A stretch of 64,000 nt of DNA from a virus, in the IMG/VR virus record IMGVR_UViG_3300029585_000107, positions 729 through 64,728 of that record. One strand, given 5' to 3'. The first letter of the stretch is position 1. Each line of letters opens with the position of its first letter. Both the position numbers and the translations under genes were made by a program. The notes beneath the pieces were generated by a model. The model saw only the letters and a list, made by a program, of their open reading frames with translations. It was not told the DNA's origin and ran no database searches. Shown piece after piece: positions 27,342 to 36,931 of this stretch.

Positions 27342-27888
27342 CTTCTTTGTGCACGGAGTTCCTACCCCGAAGGGCTCAGCTCGAGCTCTTCGGGGTACTC
27401 CCTACGGGCCCCCTTGCCCCAGCTGCAAACAGCGCAAGACGGGGCACCCGCGAGTCTTCAGCGACAACGCGAACCTCAAGGGCTGGGAGCAAGCAATCCG
27501 TGGCACCGCGAGGGCTTCGCGCGCAGAGAAGATCACTGGCCCGGTCGAGGTCGACCTTGAGTTCCACATGCCACGCCCCAAGGGACACTGGGGAACCGGC
27601 AGGAACGCCCACAAGCTGAAGCCAAGCGCTCCGCTCTTCCACTACGTCAAGCCCGACTTGGACAAGTTGGAGCGCGCCGTGCTGGACGGCCTGGCCCAGA
27701 TCTGCTTCGGCGACGACACGTTCGTCGTGAGGCTCAATGGCAGCAAATTCTACAGCAGCACCCCAGGGGTGCATATCTACTACCGAGAGGCGACAGTATG
27801 GACACCGAGGTCAATGAAGCAAGAGAGTCCTTCACAGGGCGAATTGCCGCTGGCAGCTGGTACAAGGACAGCAAAAGAGTCTACGTGA
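27334..27888 (+). CDS. rusA: RusA-like Holliday junction resolvase
   Basis: GVPTPKGS, V.LEFHMPRPK, KPDLDKLERAVLDGL, GDDTFV. Confidence 0.9.
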   Translation: MNSFFVHGVPTPKGSARALRGTPYGPPCPSCKQRKTGHPRVFSDNANLKGWEQAIRGTARASRAEKITGPVEVDLEFHMPRPKGHWGTGRNAHKLKPSAPLFHYVKPDLDKLERAVLDGLAQICFGDDTFVVRLNGSKFYSSTPGVHIYYREATVWTPRSMKQESPSQGELPLAAGTRTAKEST

Positions 27889-28049
27889 CTCTGAACTGCA
27901 AGAAGACCGGGGCGACAACCCGCTCCAAGGCGGAGGCCGTGGCTCGACGAGCCACCGACGCTAGAGGCTTCCCGGCCTGGGACTGCATCCGCGTCGAGCG
28001 AACGCGGAGCACCCCGGATATCTGCTTGGTCATCGGAGCCGTGAAATGA
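27798..28049 (+). CDS. Hypothetical protein
   Basis: ATGA-coupled to the next ORF. Confidence 0.45.
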   Translation: MDTEVNEARESFTGRIAAGSWYKDSKRVYVTLNCKKTGATTRSKAEAVARRATDARGFPAWDCIRVERTRSTPDICLVIGAVK

Positions 28050-28336
28050 AGTCGGTGCACCAAGCGGCAATCGACCGTGGCCTGGAAATGACGGCAAAGG
28101 ACGAGGAGCGCGCGCGGCAGATCTTCGAGATCGTGCGCAAGGCCCTGTTCCCCTACAACGTGGACTTCAGGACGGTCGCGGACATCGTAGAGAACACTCT
28201 CAGCGTGGGGCGCCTCATTGGCGCGGACCAGGAACACCGGCGTCTCGCGAAGATCGAAGCCGACGAGGAGGCGAAGGTGAAGGAATTCATCAAGCGTACT
28301 CGAAAGTTCCGCGACCCGAAGGAGTTGGGAAATTGA
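28046..28336 (+). CDS. Hypothetical protein
   Basis: Coupled chain. Confidence 0.55.
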   Translation: MKSVHQAAIDRGLEMTAKDEERARQIFEIVRKALFPYNVDFRTVADIVENTLSVGRLIGADQEHRRLAKIEADEEAKVKEFIKRTRKFRDPKELGN

Positions 28337-28524
28337 GGTCGAAGAACACAGGAATCGGGCGCCTGCACAAGCTCTTGGACAGGAACCCCAACGCAGCAAA
28401 CCTAAAGGTCCCAAGGGATGTCGCCGAGCGCGTCATCCTCGAGATGATGGCAGCGGCTTCCAAGGTGGAGCTCCTGCGTCAAGAGAACCTTTATTTGAAG
28501 AAAGAACTCGAGGCGTTAAGGTGA
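28333..28524 (+). CDS. Hypothetical protein
   Basis: Coupled chain. Confidence 0.5.
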   Translation: MRSKNTGIGRLHKLLDRNPNAANLKVPRDVAERVILEMMAAASKVELLRQENLYLKKELEALR

Positions 28525-29057
28525 GGTACTCAGACATCCCCATGCTCACGAGCGAGTCGCCATACTCCGTCGACGTCTCCTGGAGCTACCTAGAGAGCTG
28601 GATTGCATCCCAGGAAAGAGACTGCGTGAAGTTTGAGCTCGACCCGGACTTTCAGCGGTACCACGTCTGGGACGACGTCAAGCGCACGCGTTACGTGGAA
28701 TTCATCCTCCGAGGCGGTCGCTCATCTCGCGCTCTATACTTCAACTGCGCGGGCTACCTCGGACCCGACGACGAGGGCCCAATGCAGCTCGTCGACGGCA
28801 AGCAGCGCCTTACCGCCGTTCGGCGATGGCTCCGCGACGAGGTGAGAGCCTTTGGAGTTTTTCACAGCGACATGGTGGGCCGCATGGGACTCGGCGGCCC
28901 AGGGTTCAAGGTTCACGTGAACAACCTTCCCAGAAGGGCGGACGTTCTGCGCTGGTACCTCGAACTCAACGCCGGAGGCGTCGCCCATACCCCCGAGGAG
29001 ATCGCGAGAGTGCAGGCGCTCCTGGACCGCGAGCCCCTTGGTAAAAACACCCCATGA
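28521..29057 (+). CDS. DUF262 (GmrS-like ParB/Srx fold) protein
   Basis: LDPDFQRYHVWD and LVDGKQRLTA, the QR and DGxQR signatures. Confidence 0.8.
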   Translation: MRYSDIPMLTSESPYSVDVSWSYLESWIASQERDCVKFELDPDFQRYHVWDDVKRTRYVEFILRGGRSSRALYFNCAGYLGPDDEGPMQLVDGKQRLTAVRRWLRDEVRAFGVFHSDMVGRMGLGGPGFKVHVNNLPRRADVLRWYLELNAGGVAHTPEEIARVQALLDREPLGKNTP

Positions 29058-29534
29058 CCAAAGCACAGAGAACACAGCGAGAGCAGCTTGCGGAGGCCCA
29101 GGCGAAGTTGCGGGCAGTAGAGGCTCTCATCCCAGAGCTAGAGCGCAATCGCAGCACCGGAGCCGTCGCAAAGCGGCTTCGAGCGATACTCGGCCTCGCA
29201 GAGCAGAAGAAGCTCTTTCAGTGACGGACACCTTTGCGACCTGCATACGCTGCCGGCAGCGCTACTCCGAAGCTGACCACGAATGCCTTGAGGAGATGAC
29301 ACTGGACGAGCTTTTCGCCCATGGCGAGGAACTAGTCCACCTGGAAACACACCCGACACCCGAGGAAAACCAATGAGCGACGAACACGAAATCATCAAAC
29401 GTGCCAGGAGCGCGACTAGGGAAGAGGGCCCTCTGAGAGACTTCATCTCACTGGTCTTCGTCCTAGGCGTAACCCCCTTGGTCATTAGCGCCTACGCCTC
29501 ATTCTGCGGATGGGCATGGAGGCTGATCCCATGA
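29054..29534 (+). CDS. Three short coupled hypothetical ORFs (29054-29224, 29221-29376, 29373-29534)
   Basis: Consecutive ATGA/GTGA overlaps. Confidence 0.45.
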
Positions 29535-29956
29535 GCGAGTTTGCAGAAGATCTCCCCTACTGGAAAACCTCAAGCTCCGGCCCGGACGCATGGCTAGAGA
29601 AGGCATCTCGGGAAATCGGCAAGGCCGGGGGGAATATCCTCGCGGAGGGATTCGGGAACTCCAACGGCGATGCCGCCTACATGCTTCGCTTCGAGATGGA
29701 CGGCTCCACCTACCGGATCGTCTGGCCATGCGCCAAGAGCAAGCGCGGGGACACCGACAACGCCTTCACAAAGGCATCGCGCCGACAGGCTGCCACAATG
29801 CTCTTTCACGACGTGAAGGCGATGTGCGTTAAGGCCAGAGCCCTAGGCTCCGAGACCGCCTTCTTCTCACACCTCGAGCTCCCAGGCGGCAAGGTCGCGA
29901 GCGAGATGGTCGGGGCCACTGGCGATCTTCCGAAGCTACTCGGAGCACCCCAGTGA
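29531..29956 (+). CDS. Hypothetical protein
   Basis: Coupled chain; probable start MSEFAEDLPYW. Confidence 0.6.
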   Translation: MSEFAEDLPYWKTSSSGPDAWLEKASREIGKAGGNILAEGFGNSNGDAAYMLRFEMDGSTYRIVWPCAKSKRGDTDNAFTKASRRQAATMLFHDVKAMCVKARALGSETAFFSHLELPGGKVASEMVGATGDLPKLLGAPQ

Positions 29957-30186
29957 TCGGCATCTGCGGGCACCAGCAAACCCCGGACAGCACCGTCATG
30001 GGGGATTGGCTCAACAGGATGCCGTGCCCATGGCCGAAATGCCCCCTTGGGCACCGCGAGACGAGGTACCGCGTTGCCCTCGAAGACCACGGAAGAGAGC
30101 TCGTATACCGACGAGAAGAGAGCTGCATGGCAACACCAGGAAGAGACCGATCCGAGTCACTGTTCCGCTGGGTGCTCGAACAATGA
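29953..30186 (+). CDS. Small Cys-containing hypothetical protein
   Basis: GTGA/ATGA overlaps. Confidence 0.45.
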   Translation: MIGICGHQQTPDSTVMGDWLNRMPCPWPKCPLGHRETRYRVALEDHGRELVYRREESCMATPGRDRSESLFRWVLEQ

Positions 30187-31226
30187 CGCTCGGGCTCACA
30201 AGAACACCAGAGAACGACTGGTCGAAAACGCTCTACGACCTCACACCAGTGGAGTTGCTCAAGGACAGTCGCATGGCGCACACCGGGGCAACCGGCACGT
30301 CCATGCACTTTAAGCGCGAAGACAAGTACGCACCCCTCGGCCAGGGCGGCATCAACGGAAGCAAGCTGCGCCAGTGCATTTGGCTCGCGAGCGAAGCCAG
30401 CAAGGCCGGCTACACGGCGATGGTGAACGGGACCGTCGTGGGGAGCCCTCAGAGCCCGATGGGGGCAGCCGTCTTCCGACACTTCGGGATGCGTTGCGTT
30501 ACGGTCCTTGGGGCGACCAAAGCGCGAACCTGCGTGAAACACCCCATGATCCGCATGGCGTCTTGGTTCGGGAGCGAATTCGCATTCGTCGGCAGCGGGT
30601 ACAACAGCACCATCCAGCCCCGCTGCAGGCAGATCCGCGACGCGGAGGGCGCCTTCTACTTGGAATACGGCATCACGCTCGACCACGCCGACAACCGGCG
30701 AGAGGATGTCGCAGATTTCCACATCCTCGGAGGCGAACAGGCCGCCAACATCCCCGAAGGGGTGAAGCGCCTGGTGATTCCATTCGGCTCGGCAAACTCC
30801 GCCACAAGCGTCCTCACGGGCCTCCTCGAGCACGGGTTCAAAGACCTTGAGGAGATTCACCTCATTGGAATCGGCCCCCACCGGATGCGCTACCTCCAAG
30901 AGCGCGTCGACATCGCCGGCGACCTCTACGGCGGCATCGAGGAGGTGAGCAGGAACGTCACGATCTGCCACTACGACCTCCACGGCACCAACTGGGTCCG
31001 CTACAACGATTTGATGCCCGAGACCTACGCCGGCGTCGCGTTGCACCCGCGGTACGAGGGCAAGGTCATGCGATACCTGAAGGCCGAGCTCCCGCACCTA
31101 CTCAACCCAGAAACCCTGTTTTGGATCGTGGGCTCAGCCCCATCGATCGAAGCCATGGCTCCCCACTGCCCCGAGCTCGGGCCACCTGGGCAGCCGATCA
31201 AACTCTACGAAGGAGAGCACCCATGA
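30183..31226 (+). CDS. PLP-dependent enzyme, fold type II (cysteine synthase/ACC deaminase-like), of the kind found in phage thymidine-hypermodification loci
   Basis: LTPV..FKREDK..GGINGSKLRQ (Schiff-base Lys), SPQ, VIPFGSANS, LHPRYEGK. Start by ATGA overlap at 30183. Confidence 0.8.
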   Translation: MTLGLTRTPENDWSKTLYDLTPVELLKDSRMAHTGATGTSMHFKREDKYAPLGQGGINGSKLRQCIWLASEASKAGYTAMVNGTVVGSPQSPMGAAVFRHFGMRCVTVLGATKARTCVKHPMIRMASWFGSEFAFVGSGYNSTIQPRCRQIRDAEGAFYLEYGITLDHADNRREDVADFHILGGEQAANIPEGVKRLVIPFGSANSATSVLTGLLEHGFKDLEEIHLIGIGPHRMRYLQERVDIAGDLYGGIEEVSRNVTICHYDLHGTNWVRYNDLMPETYAGVALHPRYEGKVMRYLKAELPHLLNPETLFWIVGSAPSIEAMAPHCPELGPPGQPIKLYEGEHP

Positions 31227-31389
31227 GCGCAGTTAACCACCCATCCCACTACAACGCCGGCGACATCGAGGTGATCGATGCTGTCGAGGACTGGAATCTC
31301 GGATTCCACGAGGCGAACGTCGTGAAGGGTACCTGAGGCGCCGCATCGAGATGCTCAAGAAGGCTGCGAAAGGCCCCGGTGAGCTGTGA
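31223..31389 (+). pseudogene. DUF3310 gene with an internal frameshifting deletion
   Basis: MSAVNHPSHYNAGDIEVIDAVEDWNLGFHEANVVK stops at 31336. The family C-terminus (YLRRRIEMLKK..) continues in another frame to TGA 31387-31389, which overlaps the next GTG. Confidence 0.75.
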
Positions 31390-31823
31390 AGCGAACACCC
31401 CTGAAACGCAAGAGCCCGATGAGGCGAAAGGCGAAGCCGAAAGGACCCGATTCGATGTCGAAAAAGCGGAAGTCACCCAAGCGCAAGACGAAATACGCGC
31501 GCCGCGAGCGAGACCTCGAATTCATGCGCTTCGTTAAGACTCTCCCTTGCCTCCTTGCTGGAGTCGAAGGCGCAGGCCCATGCGCAGGCCCCACCGAGGC
31601 GGATCATGCTGGCCTCGACGCCGGGCTGAACCAGAAGGCGCCCGACAGCACCTGCATTCCCCTCTGTAGCCAACACCACTTCGACCGGCACGCCTGCATG
31701 CGGTTCTTCCGCGGAGTGCCAAAGCAAGAGAAGCGAGAGTGGCGCCTCGCAGCGATCGAAAAGACTCAGGCCGAGTACCTAGCCCAAGGCGGGACATTCA
31801 TCCCAGAACACGCAACCCCCTAA
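31386..31823 (+). CDS. DUF968-like Zn-binding HNH-type protein
   Basis: FMRFVKTLPC, ADHAG..QKAPDSTCIPLCSQHH. Confidence 0.65.
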   Translation: MKRTPLKRKSPMRRKAKPKGPDSMSKKRKSPKRKTKYARRERDLEFMRFVKTLPCLLAGVEGAGPCAGPTEADHAGLDAGLNQKAPDSTCIPLCSQHHFDRHACMRFFRGVPKQEKREWRLAAIEKTQAEYLAQGGTFIPEHATP

Positions 31824-31838
31824 CCCACGAGATAACCA

Positions 31839-32117
31839 ATGGCAACGGAAGACACAGAACGCACCCGAGAGCAGCTGCTTCGGGAGAACGCAAGACTGAG
31901 AGCAGAAATTTTGGTCTCAAGAACGGAGGTCGCAGCGGCGGAAGCCAAGGCCTCCAGGAGCTACATCTACGCAGCACAGTCGCGCGACGACCTAGGTCGC
32001 ATGGCACAGAGGTGCAAGACGCTCGAAAAGCGCATCGCCGAGCTCGAAAACCCCGAGGGGTGCCCCGAGTACCCGAATCCCTGCACCTGCCCACAGCTTC
32101 ACGAGGTGGCCCGATGA
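31839..32117 (+). CDS. Hypothetical coiled-coil protein
   Basis: ATGA-coupled to the next ORF. Confidence 0.5.
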   Translation: MATEDTERTREQLLRENARLRAEILVSRTEVAAAEAKASRSYIYAAQSRDDLGRMAQRCKTLEKRIAELENPEGCPEYPNPCTCPQLHEVAR

Positions 32118-32440
32118 GCGACCTCTCAATATCTGAAGGCATGACCGCAACCCTCCTCGGCCTTTGCAGCCTCGACGACGACGGGCCAAAGCTCTCCGAG
32201 ACTCACGTATTCGTCATGCACCCGGCCCTCTTCTTCGACTTCGTTTGCGAGATGGAGGAGGACGACACCGGCCTATGGGAGGACACCTCTCACGAAGGCG
32301 CAGTAGAATTCGGCGCAAGAGTCTGCGGCAAGTTCTCTGGCACCACGGTACTGGAGAGCGCGAACGCGCCGATCTTCAAAGTTCACTTCCTGGCCCGACG
32401 AGACATCGAGGCCTACGTCAACGAGGGGAGGCCGTTTTGA
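32114..32440 (+). CDS. Hypothetical protein
   Basis: Coupled chain (MSDLSISEG). Confidence 0.5.
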   Translation: MSDLSISEGMTATLLGLCSLDDDGPKLSETHVFVMHPALFFDFVCEMEEDDTGLWEDTSHEGAVEFGARVCGKFSGTTVLESANAPIFKVHFLARRDIEAYVNEGRPF

Positions 32441-32898
32441 CAGCAATTCAAACAGAGGACGTCCTAGCGCTCCTTCGCGAAGAGCACCGAGGGCAAATCT
32501 ACGTAGAGGAACTGCGAGCTGGCAGCGGATACGGAGGAGGCTCAGAGAGCAGGATCGACGCTTGGGCGATGCACCCGTACCCCTCGAAGGCGAACTGCCG
32601 ATTCGCTTACGAGGTGAAGGTTTCGCGCTCGGATTTCCTACGCGACATCAAGCAACCTCTGAAGCACCGAGCGGCCCTAGCGCTCTCCAACTGCTTCTAC
32701 TTCGTCGCCCCGGAAGGGACGATTGGGCTGCACGAGCTCCCCATCCACGCTGGCCTCATAGAGGTGATGCCGGCACGGCCCATGTACCTCTCAAGGAAGG
32801 TCGATGCACCATGGCGCGACACCAGGCCCCCGAGCTGGCGATTCGTCGTGAGCCTTTGCAGGTCCGTCGAAAAAGAGGCCAAGGGAGGCGGACGATGA
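32437..32898 (+). CDS. MmcB-like PD-(D/E)XK nuclease
   Basis: RIDAW, YEVKVSRSDFLRD, FYFVAPEG, ELP..AGLIEV; TTGA overlap start. Confidence 0.75.
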   Translation: MTAIQTEDVLALLREEHRGQIYVEELRAGSGYGGGSESRIDAWAMHPYPSKANCRFAYEVKVSRSDFLRDIKQPLKHRAALALSNCFYFVAPEGTIGLHELPIHAGLIEVMPARPMYLSRKVDAPWRDTRPPSWRFVVSLCRSVEKEAKGGGR

Positions 32899-33104
32899 CC
32901 ATCCGCATCGGCCATTCCTTCCCGCCACGCCACGGCAAGATCAACCGTGTCCGCGAGGCGAACGAGAGACTGAAGCGAACCAGGATTTGCCTGGCCTGCG
33001 CCGGCCCATGCAGGTGCTTCAGGGGAATCGACAGAACGACTTACCGCGAGCCAATCGACATGGTCGAAGTGTCCCCGGGGAAGTTCGAGCGCAAGCCCGA
33101 CTAG
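32895..33104 (+). CDS. Small hypothetical protein
   Basis: ATGA-coupled; ends converging on 33101. Confidence 0.45.
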   Translation: MTIRIGHSFPPRHGKINRVREANERLKRTRICLACAGPCRCFRGIDRTTYREPIDMVEVSPGKFERKPD

Positions 33105-33682
33105 CGCTTCAGCAGCTTTGCGATCTTGGTGACGCTCGTGGACGCCGTCACCCGAAACGCGGCGTCGAATTCGGGTTCCTTGTCGAACGTCATCACGAGG
33201 TAGAAGAACGACTTCTCCCCCACGAGGACCTTGTAGACATGCGAGCCCGCGAGCCCGCGAGAGGTGTAGGCATCGCGAAGCTCCCCCGGCGCAAACTCCT
33301 CGATGTCGAGCCAGAGATTCCCCTTCTCGGCGAGCTCAGCCAACATGGCAACATGCGGCCCCTCAAGCAATCGGTTCTGCCAGTCCGCCCGGAAGGGGTC
33401 CTCCCCTACCGACATCTCGTAGATCACCGAGGTGTACAGGTGGTTGCCAACGCGCGGGATGCCGCCCCCGTTTGTCGCCTTCACGAGAATCGCGTGTTTT
33501 GCCCCCAGGTCCTTGAGCAAGCCATTGAGGACACCATAAACCCGGTGGACCTTCTCTATGACGTTGGGCACGTTCTCCTTGGCTCTCTTGTCTCTGCGGT
33601 CAATCCACCACTGGATGGCCTTGAGCATCGCAGCCACCGAGCCGCCCCCGAAGAATGCAACCAACACGGATTCGATATCCAT
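33101..33682 (-). CDS. Single-TM protein with a GAF-like C-terminal domain (possible T4 T-like holin)
   Basis: N-terminal hydrophobic helix followed by a basic patch; TNGGG; TAGACT 7 nt upstream of the ATG. Confidence 0.5.
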   Translation of the reverse strand: MDIESVLVAFFGGGSVAAMLKAIQWWIDRRDKRAKENVPNVIEKVHRVYGVLNGLLKDLGAKHAILVKATNGGGIPRVGNHLYTSVIYEMSVGEDPFRADWQNRLLEGPHVAMLAELAEKGNLWLDIEEFAPGELRDAYTSRGLAGSHVYKVLVGEKSFFYLVMTFDKEPEFDAAFRVTASTSVTKIAKLLKR

Positions 33683-33969
33683 GAACTGGAGTCTACAGGA
33701 ACTCGCACGGGGCGAGAGAATAGCGACAGCTTAGTTCGAAAACCGAAACGACGCCCCCGAAGCGCCAAGCGCGACGGCGCCAGACGACGGAGACAGCCAA
33801 ATGACGACTACGAAGAAACCGAATCCTCGCGCATTAAACGCGGAGGACTGCCGAATTACGATTGTCCAGGACGGGGAGGTGGCCGGAACCTACGCCCAAC
33901 TATGGCCCGATTGGAGCGTCCTTATTTCGCCCTCCTTGCGCAAATCAGAGCAGATCGGTAGCCTAGGGC

Positions 33970-34551
33970 ATGGCCAAGGCAAAGGCGAGCACCCCGGAGG
34001 CGAAGGCCCCAGCGACGAAAACCAAGGCGAGAGCCCGGAAACCGAGGGGTAAGAACAAGCCTCGCGCAACCAAACGAAGCCCCATCGACGGCGGCAGCAA
34101 GATAGACCCCGAGCGCCTTCAGATGGTCGAGAAGATGATGGTGTCCCGCTACAGCCAGCGAGACATCGTTCGCAACGTCATGGAGCAATTCGGGGTCACT
34201 CGGCCGACGGCGAACAACTACTACCAGATCGTCGAGCGCGAGTGGCGCGACACTCACAAAGAGAAGCGCGCCTACATCCGATTCAAGGCCATCAAGACCC
34301 TAGAGCGCGCCATCACCGGCGCCGTGGCAGATCGAAAGTGGAGCGCGGTCGCACGACTCATCGAGGTTGAGGCAAAGCTCTGCGGCCTCAACGAGCCCGA
34401 CGAGGTCGTTGTGCACACCGAGAAGGTTCACCCGACCGAAGCCATGACCAGCGCCCAGCGCCGTGCCTACATCAATGACGCACGGCGAAAGCGCGAAGAG
34501 CTCCTATCCCAAGTCGTGGCCGAGGCACCAAAGCCGAGCTCGGTGCACTAG
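33970..34551 (+). CDS. Terminase small subunit
   Basis: HTH (YSQRDIVRNVMEQFGVTRPTANNY), AKLCGLNEP; directly upstream of TerL. Confidence 0.75.
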   Translation: MAKAKASTPEAKAPATKTKARARKPRGKNKPRATKRSPIDGGSKIDPERLQMVEKMMVSRYSQRDIVRNVMEQFGVTRPTANNYYQIVEREWRDTHKEKRAYIRFKAIKTLERAITGAVADRKWSAVARLIEVEAKLCGLNEPDEVVVHTEKVHPTEAMTSAQRRAYINDARRKREELLSQVVAEAPKPSSVH

Positions 34552-34564
34552 TCCGTGCACCATC

Positions 34565-36004
34565 ATGACCAACGCTGAAGCCTACGATCGGCTCATCGAA
34601 GCTGAGAAAGATCTGGCTCTCGCAGAGGCAAGCCTCGAGGGCGAGGCGAGCCTGCTGGAGTATATCCAGGCGATGTCCCCGGAGTTCGGGCCGCCGGACT
34701 GGACGAAGAACAGCATCATCAAGGCGTTCGAGGCCTGCCGCCACGGCCCCCAGAGAATCTGCATCTCGGTCCCACCGCGCCACGGCAAGACCTACACGGT
34801 TCTCCACGCGATCGCGAAGTGGATCAAAGACTTCCCGCAAGACACCTGCGCCTACGCCACCTACAACTCCAGCAAGGGGCGCTCCAAGAGCAAGCTCATC
34901 CGCAAGTTCGCGCGCCTCTCCGGCGTCGAGTTCGACCCGAGCATGGCGAACCTGGATGAGTGGCGAACCACCTCAGAGGGCGGCCTCTTGGCAGGCGGTC
35001 TCAGTGGCGGCGGCCTCACCGGCGAGGGCATCCAGGGAATCCTGTGCGTTGACGACCCGATCCCAACGGCGAAGAAGGCCGAGTCCAAGGCCTACCGGGA
35101 TGAGATATTCGACAACTTCCAGGCGGTAGCTCAGACCCGAATGGAGGGCGGCAGCATCATCGTCATCCAGACCCGATGGCATGAGGACGACCTCATTGGG
35201 CGGCTGGAGAAGATGGGCGGCTGGACCATCATCAATCTACCTGCAAAGGCCGAGGCGAACGATCCTCTCGGTCGCGAGGTGGGCGCCCCGCTCGACCCGG
35301 TGCGTTTCCCCCTCAAGCTCGCCGACAGCACCCAAGCGCTCGGAGCGCTCAACCAGATCGAAGGTGCCCTCGGTCCCTACGTCTGGAGCGCGCTCTTTCA
35401 GGGGCAGCCGAGGAGCAAGGGGCGCAAGCTCTTTGGGGCGCCCCACTACTACGACCCGGAAACCTTCAAGATCGACGGCTGCAGGGTGGTCATCGGCGCC
35501 GACCCCGCGGCAAGCGATAAAACCGAGGCCGACCATTCCGCGCTCGTGGTGATGGCGATGAAGGGGAGCTGGAAGAATCCGACGTTCTACATCCTAGACG
35601 TCTGGCGCGGACAGGTGCAGATTCCCGACTTCATCAACGTGCTCTATGCAAAACAGCTCAAGTACTACGGCGCCTACATCATCATCGAGGCCGTCGCGGG
35701 CTTCAAAGGCGTGGCCCAAGGCCTGGTGAGGATCGCAAAGCAGCAAAACAAGGTACTCAACGTCCACGAGCTCTCCCCGCGAGAGAACAAGTTCATGCGA
35801 GCCCAGCCCTTTGCAGCGGCCTGGAACGCCGGCGAGGTTTTGGTCCCCCTTGGTGCCGAGTGGCTACCCGACTTCTACTCCGAGTTGGACAAGTTCACTG
35901 GTGTCGACGATGCAGAGGACGACCAGGTCGACGCCGGCGCGCACGCCTTCAACGTCTTCGACGCCGAGCGCCCGGTTGAGCGCGGAAGCGTACCGAGCCC
36001 GTGA
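34565..36004 (+). CDS. Terminase large subunit
   Basis: VPPRHGKT Walker A, CVDDP, QTRWHEDDL, GADPA, DDQVDA. Confidence 0.93.
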   Translation: MTNAEAYDRLIEAEKDLALAEASLEGEASLLEYIQAMSPEFGPPDWTKNSIIKAFEACRHGPQRICISVPPRHGKTYTVLHAIAKWIKDFPQDTCAYATYNSSKGRSKSKLIRKFARLSGVEFDPSMANLDEWRTTSEGGLLAGGLSGGGLTGEGIQGILCVDDPIPTAKKAESKAYRDEIFDNFQAVAQTRMEGGSIIVIQTRWHEDDLIGRLEKMGGWTIINLPAKAEANDPLGREVGAPLDPVRFPLKLADSTQALGALNQIEGALGPYVWSALFQGQPRSKGRKLFGAPHYYDPETFKIDGCRVVIGADPAASDKTEADHSALVVMAMKGSWKNPTFYILDVWRGQVQIPDFINVLYAKQLKYYGAYIIIEAVAGFKGVAQGLVRIAKQQNKVLNVHELSPRENKFMRAQPFAAAWNAGEVLVPLGAEWLPDFYSELDKFTGVDDAEDDQVDAGAHAFNVFDAERPVERGSVPSP

Positions 36005-36077
36005 TACCGTCGAGCCATGGCGTCTCGGTGACAAAGGAGCTGCGCATTCAGGGTAGGCTGCGTGCTACCATCTGCGC

Positions 36078-36473
36078 ATGAGCGACCTGCCCCGACGAAT
36101 TCACAGCGAGAAGCGAACCCCCGCCGAGAAGGCCATCACTAACGCGATGATCGCAGTCGAGGAGGCCGGAGGCGACCCTCTCCTCACCGAGGCAGTGAGC
36201 CTCCTCTCCACGGCCAGAGACAAGGTTTCCGACTTTGTGGACAGGGAGCTCGCAAAGGGGAAGTCCGAGCCCAAGAGGATCACGCAAACCGTCGTTCTCA
36301 ACACGCGCTCGGGCCACTTCGTCGCCATGGCCGAGATCCTCCCGTTCAACACCAGGCCGAAGGCTGTCTTCTGGGGCGTTCGGCTCTTCCTGGACACTGG
36401 GCTAGAAGACTCAGGTGGCCGCCCTGTCTACGCCGAGGACTTCGTGGCTTCGGCGATTCCAGACGGCTCGTAG
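36078..36473 (+). CDS. Hypothetical protein
   Basis: TGcTACCAT 6 nt upstream of the ATG. Confidence 0.55.
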   Translation: MSDLPRRIHSEKRTPAEKAITNAMIAVEEAGGDPLLTEAVSLLSTARDKVSDFVDRELAKGKSEPKRITQTVVLNTRSGHFVAMAEILPFNTRPKAVFWGVRLFLDTGLEDSGGRPVYAEDFVASAIPDGS

Positions 36474-36517
36474 AGCGGCTTCCAATTGTCGCACCCCACT
36501 GCTACGTTCAGGGCACA

Positions 36518-36928
36518 ATGGCACTGAACAGAGCAGAGATCATCGGGAATCTAGGTAGCGACCCGGAGCTAAGGAGCACTCCAGGAGGGAACTCCGTTTG
36601 CAACTTCTCCATCGCGACAAACGAGAGTTGGGTCGACAAAGCCGGCACGAAACACGACGAGACCGAGTGGCACCGGATCGTCGTCTGGGGGAAGATGGCG
36701 GAGACCTGCGCAAAGTTCCTCTCCAAGGGGCGCCAGGTCTTCGTCGAGGGCAAGCTCAAGACGCGCTCGTGGGAGGACAAAGAGGGGCGCAAGTGCTACA
36801 CGACGGAGATTGTGGCTCGGAACGTCCAGTTCCTCGGCTCGAAGGACGGAGGAGGGGGAAGCCGGCCACCGGCACCCTCGGACGCCGACGCTCCTCCGAT
36901 GGACATGGACGGCGACATCCCATTCTAG
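36518..36928 (+). CDS. ssb: Single-stranded DNA-binding protein
   Basis: [43 protein letters not shown]; C-terminal DIPF. Confidence 0.96.
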   Translation: MALNRAEIIGNLGSDPELRSTPGGNSVCNFSIATNESWVDKAGTKHDETEWHRIVVWGKMAETCAKFLSKGRQVFVEGKLKTRSWEDKEGRKCYTTEIVARNVQFLGSKDGGGGSRPPAPSDADAPPMDMDGDIPF

Positions 36929-36931
36929 GCC

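Noticed and set aside
29829-31097. 422-aa minus-strand ORF, and similar long antisense ORFs (10990-12153, 20196-21137, 47896-48726, 59043-59876)
   Set aside because: Antisense shadows of well-supported genes; expected in high-GC DNA; no motifs.
33801-34052. 83-aa ORF upstream of terS
   Set aside because: It overlaps terS by 83 nt in another frame and has no recognisable motif; cannot be supported or excluded.
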